NCBI GenBank assembly: GCA_964016885.1
Contig: OZ024740.1
Span: 370,326,001-370,390,000 of the forward strand
Direction of reading: 5' to 3'
Source: Eledone cirrhosa
Lineage: Eukaryota
DNA: 64,000 nucleotides
Shown: positions 52,620 through 64,000 of the stretch, in pieces
Layout of the letters: each line of letters opens with the position of its first letter
How positions within the stretch are numbered: position 1 is the first letter of the stretch
Made by a program: the position numbers and the translations under genes
Notes under the pieces: generated by a model
Seen by the model: the letters and a program-made list of their open reading frames with translations, nothing else
Databases searched by the model: none
Told to the model about the DNA's origin: nothing

Positions 52620-55203
52620 AATTTCCTTGGATAATCAACAAACAAGAAAGATCAGAACCTTGGTGGAAGAAACGACTGAATGGTCAAATCAAGGAAATGA
52701 GAAAAGACATTGCAAAGCTTGAGTCCTTACTGAATGGGACATTACAAAACATAGACACTAAAGACAGATTGGAAATAAAGTACAAAATTATGGGGGAAAA
52801 AGCTAAATATTATCATAGAGGAACTGAAGCAACGCATTGTAGAAAAGAGTGCAAAGGTTAGGTGGTATGAGAACAGAGTTAGTCAGTATAGACAGAACCG
52901 CATGTTTGACAACAACCAGAAGATTTTGTTTGGAGAGCTTCAAGGGAAAGAAAGAGGCAACGACGTGATCCCTGGGGCGAAACAGACTAAGACATTCTGG
53001 AGAAGAATATGGGAGCAGGATGTTGAACATAATAGTCAGGCAGTGTGGATTGCGGATGAATGTCTGATGTCGGGTGAAGTACCAGAGTGGTTGACAAAAG
53101 GTACCACAGTTCTGGTAATGAAAAACCGAATCAAGGGTAATGATGTTACCAACTATAGGCCTATCACATGTCTGTCCGTAATGTGGAAACTGTTAACAAG
53201 CATTGTGTCTGAGGAAATCTACTATCACCTCCACATAAAACAACTTGTTACCGGACGACCAGAAAGGATGCCGAAAGAAGTCTCGTAGTATAAAAGACCA
53301 GTTACTTATTCATAAAATGGTAATGAGGAATTGCAAGAGGAGGCACACTGGTCTTGCCATGGGATGGATAGATTACAAAAGGCATTCGACATGGTAGCTC
53401 ATTCTTGGATAACCAAAAGCCTAGAGATCTTCAAGGTGACAGATAACATCAGACAGTTGTTGAGCAAAAGTATGAAGTCCTGGGAAACAGAGTTAACATC
53501 AGGTGGAGAATCCTTGCTAGGTGTGAAGATCAAGAGAGGTATCTTCCAGGGAGATAGTTTGTCCCCTCTGCTGTTTGTCCTTTCCCTGATACCCCTGTCC
53601 GTTATATTGCGAAATGTGAGAGCAGGAAACAAGTTGGGAAGAGGAGAGCTACCATCAACCCCCTCCTCATGGATAATCTTAAACTCTTTGGGAAGAGTGA
53701 GAAGGAATTGAATGTACTTGTTGACACTGTCCGTATTTTCAGCAATGATATATGTATGGAATTTTGCATTAATAAGTGTGGAGTCCTAGTGATGAAGAGG
53801 GGTAAATTGAGCAGAAGCAACGGAATCCAGGTACCAACAGGTGGGATGATAAAGGAAATTGACACTGAAGAGCGGATACAAATATTTAGGTGTTCTGGAG
53901 GCAGATGACATCAAGAACAAAACAATGAAGGAATTGATAAGATCTGAGTACATAAGGAGAGTAAGTAGCGTATTAAAATCTCATCTAAATAGTAGGAATG
54001 CCATAAGTGGAGTAAATTCCCGAGCTGTGTCTATTATTAGGTACAGTGCGGGAATTGAGAAATGGAATGTTGCTGAACAAAAAGAAATGGATAGGAAGAC
54101 TAGGAAGCTATTGACTATCTACAACATGTTCCACAAGAGGAGTGATGTCGATAGACTCTACTTAAGGAGATCTGAAGGTGGAAGAGGTCTTATCAGCATA
54201 GAGGACTGTGTTCAGATGGAGAAAAACAACCTGCACAAATATGTGACTGACAGTAGGGAGCCAATGCTCAAAATTGTACTGAAGGAGGAGACAATAGACC
54301 AGGTGATGTCCAAGGAGGAAATAACAACAAGGAGGAAGAGCAACCTTCATGAAAAATCCCTTCATAGCACCTTCTTTAAGAAAACGGAATTTAGAGATCC
54401 ACAGACATGGAACTGATTAAAAAGAGGAGACCTTAAAAAAGCTACAGAAGGAATGTTAATGGCTGCGCAAGAGCAAGCCCTCAGGACGAATTGGGTGAAA
54501 CACCATATTGACAAGGAAGAGGCTAGCTCACTATGTAGGATCTGTTGAGAGACAGAGGAGACTGTGGCCCACATTGTATCCGAGTGTAAACACCGAGCCC
54601 AGACTCTCTATAAAGGCTGGAGACATGATGTGATAGGCAGGGTGATCCACTGGCATCTATGCAAAGTAAATAATTTACCACATTCTCAGAAGTGGAATGA
54701 ACATAAGCCAGAGTCGGTGATAGAAAACGATCAGGTGAAGGTGCTATGGGATTTTAGGATACAGACGGACAAGAAATTAGAACACAATAGGCCTGACCTG
54801 ATGGTTGTGGACAAGGAAAAAAGATCGTGCCTGATTGTAGATGTAGCCTGCCTATTTGACACGAGATTGCAAGAAAAGGAGAGGGAGAAAATTATCCGAT
54901 ACCAGGATTTAAAGTGGGAGTTAAAAGGGATTTGTAACTGCCATGAAATCAAAGTCGTCCCGATTGTCATAGGCTCACTAGGTACTATCTCAAAGAGTTT
55001 CCAAGGATGGTTAAAGAAGATTAGTCCAGCCCCGCTTTTTGGAACACTTCAAAAGGCATACTTGCTGGGAAAAGCAAGAACCCTCCGATACGTCCTGAAT
55101 GTCTGAGGCTGCAGGTAGCGGCTTGATATTCATTTCAACAAAATTTCCAGTTAAATAACATCAATAACTGAGACTCAAAGAACAATAATAGTAATAATAA
55201 TAA
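52620..55203 (+). mobile_element. Decayed R4/Dong-clade LINE, lineage B, with (TAA)n tail
   Basis: [51 protein letters not shown]. The 3' 1.1 kb is colinear with 29202-30280. Internal deletion near 53050. Confidence 0.93.
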
Positions 55204-56042
55204 ATGTGAAGACTAAAATCCAAAGCGAGCTCGATAAGGATAAATATATATATCAAATATATAAGAACCCTAGAGCAAATATATATTAAAATAACAGATT
55301 AAAGTTTAAGCAAAGAATCGCTGCTTTCACCCTCAACGGGATATTCTAAAACTAAAAAAATTCAATCTGTGAACGTAGAAGTAAATATTTCGAAAACGTT
55401 GCAACCGAAGGAAAACAGGAAGACGATCATTTGGTTCATGAAGACATTCCCTGGCAAATGAACGGGAAAAAGCGAAGATAATACGACGTTATGTGGAGCG
55501 AGAGAAAAAATACACGCAAAGACAAAACCACGTTTATGGTCTCGGCTTCGGAGTTAAGAATAATGTAAATAAATTAGTTGAACGAAAATCACAGAGGTTA
55601 TTAAAATCATAAAAGTAATAATAATTAAATATATACATACACATATCTATATACGTACATACACGTGCATACGCGAAAACTTACGCCATGCATACACGTA
55701 CACATAAACACGCGCACACGTATAAATCGGCGCGACACATATACCCGCACACATACGAACGTATACAGCGAATACACATATAAATATATGTGTGTATGAT
55801 TATATATACATATAATTATATATAAGTATATAAATATACACGCATAAATGCGTATATAAAGCATACATACACATACCTACAGGTAAATACACATATGTTC
55901 ACCAAACGTACATATACCAAAACCCTATGTACACATATACACACCATACATACGTGCGAACACACATACCCGTATATACACATATACATACATATATGTA
56001 TGTGTATAAAATAAAATACCAACATATATATATATATACTCA

Positions 56043-57960
56043 CAATGTAAAGGTGACACCAACGATTTTCTCAGATCATAACATGGTAGAACTAATGATA
56101 TATGGTTCAAGGGAGTCAGTAGAGACTCAACCAATAGGAAGCACCGGGAATCTATCCAGCCTAGACTTTTACAAGGCTGACTAGAAAAGAATCCAGAAAG
56201 AGATCCTGAAGCAAAGCTGGAGCGACATCTCCACACAAGACACCAACGCGCAATTTCAACATTTCATAACAATACAAACCATATGGCTCAATTTTGTCTC
56301 GGAAGAACGGGCCAACAAAGACAAAAATATTATTCCTAGAGACAAGAAAATATTTATTAGACAAAGAACAAAGATCTCAAACCTGTTAAATGCACAACAG
56401 ATGAACAAGAAGGAACCCTATCTGAAACAGGCACTGCTTGAAATTGAAACTGCAATCAAAGTTTCCTATGAGAAGGAGAGGGCAGAGAGCGAAGCTAAGG
56501 CCATAGAAAATATTAAAACAAACCCTAAGGCATCTTTAAATTTTCAAAAGAGACAGCCTCGGTATACTGAAAGATTGGACCACTTTTCCATTAAAATGGC
56601 TCATTGACCGAGGGATAAGTGAGATACTGAATGAACAGTACAAAAGTGTTTTCACACATCTAATGAGGCACATGCAAATAACATAGCCATGGAAATTCTT
56701 TGATGCCACAACACTACATGGAGACATGGCGACCATCAATCACATAGATATAGCGGAGGAATAGGTATTATCAACCATAGAAGAAATTAGAGCAAACTCA
56801 GCTGCTGGACCTGATAGATTCCCAGTAATCCTCCTAAAAACATGCAAGCGTGCCTTAGCAAGACCACTGAAGATCCTCTTCAGAAGTTACCTGGCTAGCG
56901 GTAAACCACCCAGAGAACTAATAGAAGGCATAATATGCCCTATCCATAAACGAGGAAGCAGAGCAGGGACTTAAAATTACAGGCCAGCCTCCCTGACTTC
57001 ACATATCAGTAAGGTCATGAAACGCATCACCACAAAGGAACTGATACGGTCCTCGACGAAAATGACCGCTTAACACTCAGCATGGTTTAAGCCCGGGAAG
57101 AAGCTGCCTTACACAGCTTTTACAAGACTATGACTGGGTACTGAAACAAGTGCTAGATAGCACAAATGTGGACATGATATATCTTGACTTTGCGAAGGCC
57201 TTCGACAAGGTCGATCACTGGATATGTCGCAAACTAAACAAATTTGACATAACTGGAAAAGAAGGTGAGTGACTGCATGGCTTCTTAAAAGACAGAAGTT
57301 AGATTGTTGCAGCCAACGGGGCCCTCTCAAAGGAAACTTCAATAACAAGTGGGGTGTTTCGGGTCGCCCTTTCAGACATGCCCTCTGTAGTACATACAAC
57401 ATCCTTCACTAACTATGCTGATAACACAAAGTTAACGCAGGCAATTAAGAACCCGGCTGATGCTACTCTTTTGCAACAAGAACTGGATGGGCTGAGGGCA
57501 ACAACAAGCAATTTAATACTGGAAAATTTCAAACCCTACGCTATCAACCAGCTAACACAAGAGCGGTTACAAAGCTACACCAGACCAGGAGAGGTGAAAA
57601 CCCCCGTGGGATTGAGATCTGGACAAACTCTCGAAAAGACGTCACTGTCTGGTGCCAAAGGTCCCGTCATTCACATCCAGAATAAGGAGCATATATTGCA
57701 ATAGCCTGGGGTTCAAATGCCCTTAACTTTTTAATAAGCTACCAAGAAAATTGAGAGATAAGCATGGTGTGGACGTGGATGATGTCAAGAAACATCTTAA
57801 CACTCCGCTATCCAAAATTCCAGATGAACCCACATCACGGAACAAACGAAACCTAAGTGCAGCAGCAATGAACTCCTTCCTACATCAAAAGCCAGCCAAC
57901 ATAGGCTGGACATAGAACATGTTGCAACAAGGGAGGTACTCCAGCATGGCTACTACTGGA
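56043..57960 (+). mobile_element. Decayed CR1-group LINE (end of APE, RT, 3' end; internal deletions)
   Basis: SDHNMV, AAGPDRFP, NYRPASLTSHISKV, QHG..PGRSCLTQLL, IYLDFAKAFDKVDH, YADNTK. Confidence 0.88.
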
Positions 57961-60349
57961 ACAGATAAAAGAGTGAAAGCGTAATATATATATTTATATT
58001 TATATATATGTGTTCGTGTGTGTGTTTATTCTGTACACACAGCTAACTTTCATGAAGAAAATCTTGACGACAAAACCTTCAACAAAAGGAAAAATCATCT
58101 AAACAATTTCGAGATTGTTAATTTAGATTATTGAAAATATATATTTGTTATTGAAAGTCAATTCGTAGATTTTTATTTTGTTATGTTATTTTTTACTCGT
58201 ATCATGAAAAAAAAATAACCGTAAAAATAGTTTATGTAATAATACATCATCCAATTTTCAAAGAGAATTAATTTCCTAAAAAAGACGTTTTCCCAGTTAA
58301 ATAAGTGCAATTATTATTGGCAAAAATCAGTAAAATCATGGCATTTATTTTCTTCTCTTTAAGTCTGAATTCAAATTGTACTAATGCCATACGTCATTTT
58401 GCTTGTGATAAAATATAGTACCTCTTATGTGCAGATGTCTATTTTATGTGTTATACTCTTGCCCAATAGTGGTAATGTTTCAACAATATTAGAAATATTT
58501 ATTCCGCCAATTTGTTAAAAGAGACATTTGAGAAGGGACCTATATTATTATAATTTATGAATTTCTATTAATTACACAAATGTTAGGAGGTGATACTGAA
58601 CTCTCTGGGGAGAATACATCAGAATGGGTTCCAATTAATTTCTGGAAACTAATTGATAGTCTTACACTTCATATATGAAATGAAACATTCATTAATTATA
58701 TTATCATAATTATAAAGATAGAAGGAAGATTCTTAAACCTTTCAGATTTACCAACACTAAGAACGACATGTGCCTATTAGCATTTGTCCCCGGTGAAATG
58801 AACGAATCTAACCTGAGTAAAATATATTTGTCCGATACCACATAAAAAAACCAATAACATATGAATAGAAATAAATGTTTTGTATAGGCTATGAATTAAG
58901 AAAAACAGCAAATGTGGCAGGTATCATTCGTTTTATAAGCCATGGATTCGTAACTGTTGTTGATCTGACGTTTCGGAGATACATATACCTCCATATATTC
59001 TTTGCTCAGAAATTTGAGTTTATATCTGTACATGAACAAGCAAAAGGGAAATGCTAAAATATTATTTGGAAGATTATTATGTTAAGCCCATATAACGATA
59101 AAAGCCAAATACACATACAAAACAAAACACGGACAATGGTGTTATTTCACTTATATATGAACAACTAATGATGGAGAGAAATGGGCAAGAAGACCAATTT
59201 CAGTCAGTCTGTCTGAACAAATGAATCAATAAGATTCAATGAGAATCAGTAAGATTCTTGTTCTTAATTATTTGCTCCTATTTCGATAACTTTTATATAA
59301 TTGAAATAAAAATATGAATAAATTCAGAATCAGCAAATTTACCGTGAGTAGGTAGGTTACGCAGGTTGGGAACCCTTGATCTAATCGTTGTGTAGTAATC
59401 TCACTCGAATGAATTTATATTTTAGTTTTCATCAGACCGTGATAGTTAAATAAGTATCACATGAACCAACGGGGAGAATCTACTCGTTCACTTGATGTTC
59501 TAGAAATAGCAACCAAATTTCGCCCGATTCAAACTAAAATGCCTCAAAAAATGAAAGAAAAAACAATTTACTGCTAGATACCATTAAATGGACGTGATAG
59601 TTACGGCCAGATGGTCGTTGATTATATGAATGCTCGATGAATGCTAACTTAGGTCTAAACTATAAAATGTTCCTTTCGGTGATGGGTTAGTTCCTTGAAT
59701 TTTTCTCTCCAAGACACAAATGTGAGCAGTTAGTTTTGTTTTAAAGTAGCATGTAATTATTTCTTTTCCAGGGCACCCTGGTACGCCAGTTTAGTGCTCT
59801 GGAATTTATCTACCGACCTCGAAATGATGAAAAGCAAAGTTGATCTCGGCTGGCTTTGAACTAAGAGTGCGAAAAGTCAAAACTAATATCACCCTAATAT
59901 CACTGCCAATTTGCAGCCATGGGTTAAACCAATTTATTCAAATAGCTATATCTGCTTATTTGAAATGTATTGACCAAAGAAATAGAAACCAAGGAACAAA
60001 AACATTTGTATGCGAAGCCTAAATTGGCTTCCAGGGAATCAATGAAAGTAAAACGATATGAAGTGGTAATGTATCTGTGGAGGTGGTTATAAAACGTAAA
60101 GGTGTACAAGCGGTGAGTTTTCGGCAGGAAAGTTATGTTGAGTTTGTCAATGGATCAATGGTAATTATGCGTGCTTTTCCTGCCTAAAGGTCCAGTAATT
60201 GACATGGATTAAGGGATATTAAAGGAATACGGCATTCATCAACGAGTATTAGGTCGGCATCTTAGTAAACGTCAAGTGGTTCTGGTATTTCTCGGGGCAT
60301 GTCCAGCAGCCCAATTATAGACATTAGTCGATTTGCTAACATAGATTCG

Positions 60350-62042
<1,693 letters not shown>

Positions 62043-62559
62043 CATGGGTGTGCGTGTTTGGATGGGTGGATGTGTATGCATGTGTATGTGTGTCCAGCTG
62101 TATCTGTGTGTGAGTTTCTGCGTGTATGTTAAGAAAGTGAAGCAGATAGAATTATGTATGTTCATAAATGTTTGCATCACGCATCACGAGCTTTAAGTCT
62201 TGTAAGGCACCATCGTGTCTCCATCTACAGAGAACGTGTGATACTTATAATGTTGAATTGACTTTATTACGTTGTGACAATTACTGGTTAACTACTGGAC
62301 TTTCAGAGTGATACTTTCATAGCTCATTAAATCGTTTGTTCGTATTATTTTATCTTTCTGTGCAAATGAAGCCAGCGGAACGCATCGCTCTACCATATAT
62401 ACCTATAGGAGAAAATCGAGCACTCGGCAGGAAGATTACGGATTTAACGAAGCATTCATCTACACTACAAACACACTGGTGGTTACAGTCGGGATTTGTC
62501 TATATGTATAGACTGGTTTCAGTTGTTAGACTACAGTCATGCTGGGGAAACACCTAATT

Positions 62560-62620
62560 ATATACGCGTTTTGGCTTGTTAACCCACTATGTGATTGGTC
62601 TTCTAAGCCTCTCTGCATGT
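62560..62620 (-). ncRNA. Decayed hammerhead-like motif
   Basis: gcagaga-ggctt...aagcc-AAAA-cgcg-TA: stem II and palindromic stem III ACGCGT are kept, both core boxes are mutated. Confidence 0.35.
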
Positions 62621-62647
62621 CACAGCTGTTCATTGAGTGGCTTGAGT

Positions 62648-62686
<39 letters not shown>

Positions 62687-62796
62687 TATGTATATACATG
62701 CATATATATATATATACATATATATATATACATACATATATATATACATATATATATATATACATATATATACATACATGCATATATATATATATA

Positions 62797-64000
62797 TAAA
62801 ACTGGGAACCTCTACTTCGTCAACCCCGACAGATTCCACACACTGATCAGGAGCAGCTTAAACTCCACCTATAAAAAGGCTAACCACTCAAGCATCGAGG
62901 ACATAAATCGAGATGGACAACAAATTACCTCCAGCCTCGGGGTCGCCGACCGCTGGGAACCCCTAGACCCACGGACACCCTACTTCACACTGAAGGACCA
63001 CAAATCTGATTTCGACCGTAAACCATCTATTAGGCTTATAAACTCAATGAAGTCCGACATAGGGAGAATCAGTAAAAAAATCCTAGACCGCGTTATACCA
63101 AAATTTAAGCAAAACACTAGACTTAGCCTATGGGTCAACACCCAGGAAGTAATCTTATGGTTCAGCAATATGGAGGACAAACGAGACACAAAATTCATCC
63201 ACTTTGACATAGAGAGTTACTATGCTTCAATTACCTTACCGCTCCTTACGGCCGCCTTGTACTTTGCCGAGACACTTGCGCCCATTACCGACCAGGAAAG
63301 AAATATCATCCTCCACGCCAGGAAGCCAGTCTACTTTTCGACAACTCCAAATGGATAAAGAGAGCTCCCGACTCCCCCTTCGACGTCTGTATGGGCGCGA
63401 CGGATTCGGCTGAGGTCACAGATCTTATAGGATTATTCCTACTAGTTAAACTCACCGATATGTTTCCACATTTGGCGGTGGATTGTACCGGGATGATGGG
63501 CTCCTTACCCTTAAAGGGTACAACCCCAGTAGTACAAACCGGGTCCGTAAACAATTAATTAGCTTCTTCCGCGACTGGGGATTTAAAATAATCCTACAAA
63601 CGTCCCTAACCCGAGTAAACTTCCTGGACGTTACCCTTGACCTCGATAATGACCTGTACTACCCATACAGGAAACCCAACGACAACCTGCACTACATCCA
63701 CCGCCGGTCAAACCATCCTAGAAACATCACCAATAACCTGGTTAAAAACATCTCCCTCCGCATATCTCGTTTGTCCGCTAATGAGCAGATATTCGAGGAA
63801 CATGCGCCTTATTACAACCAGGCCCTCAAGCGGAGTGGCTCCGGAAGAAATATCCTACTGTCCAGCTTCCATTAGCGGAACCAGCAGGCGACACCGCCGC
63901 TCACGCAACGTAACGTGGTTCAATCCTCCCCACAACGCCGAGGTGACAGCACCTATCGGGAAAATCTTCTTTAGGCTCATCGAAAACACTTCCCACTACA
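62797..64000 (+). mobile_element. 5'-truncated Penelope-like element RT (Naiad-like), starting in (TA)n and running off the window
   Basis: [67 protein letters not shown], with two frameshifts. Confidence 0.88.

Overview
This is a eukaryotic, AT-rich and almost entirely repetitive window, with no intact cellular gene recognisable. The tRNA-derived SINE family and the (TA)n/(TG)n/(TATG)n load point to a coleoid cephalopod, probably Octopus (inference). Most ORFs in the supplied track are microsatellite artefacts. Recognisable elements: decayed R4/Dong-clade LINEs of two lineages (one in (CATA)n, one in (TAA)n), an RTE LINE with bipartite non-autonomous derivatives, a CR1-group LINE, two Penelope-like RT fragments, a non-autonomous Helitron, about 13 Meta-domain-type SINE copies and small LTR-element fragments. 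The main finding, read by eye, is more than a dozen type I hammerhead-ribozyme motifs (intact, decayed or half) from roughly ten sequence families, mostly next to (TA)n. They occur as a 3 x 308-bp retrozyme-like array, inverted pseudo-LTR pairs, a stand-alone 53-nt hammerhead, and foldback palindromes, two of which are centred on hammerhead stem II. All structures were paired manually. No folding, alignment or database search was run, and element boundaries are approximate unless junctions are quoted.
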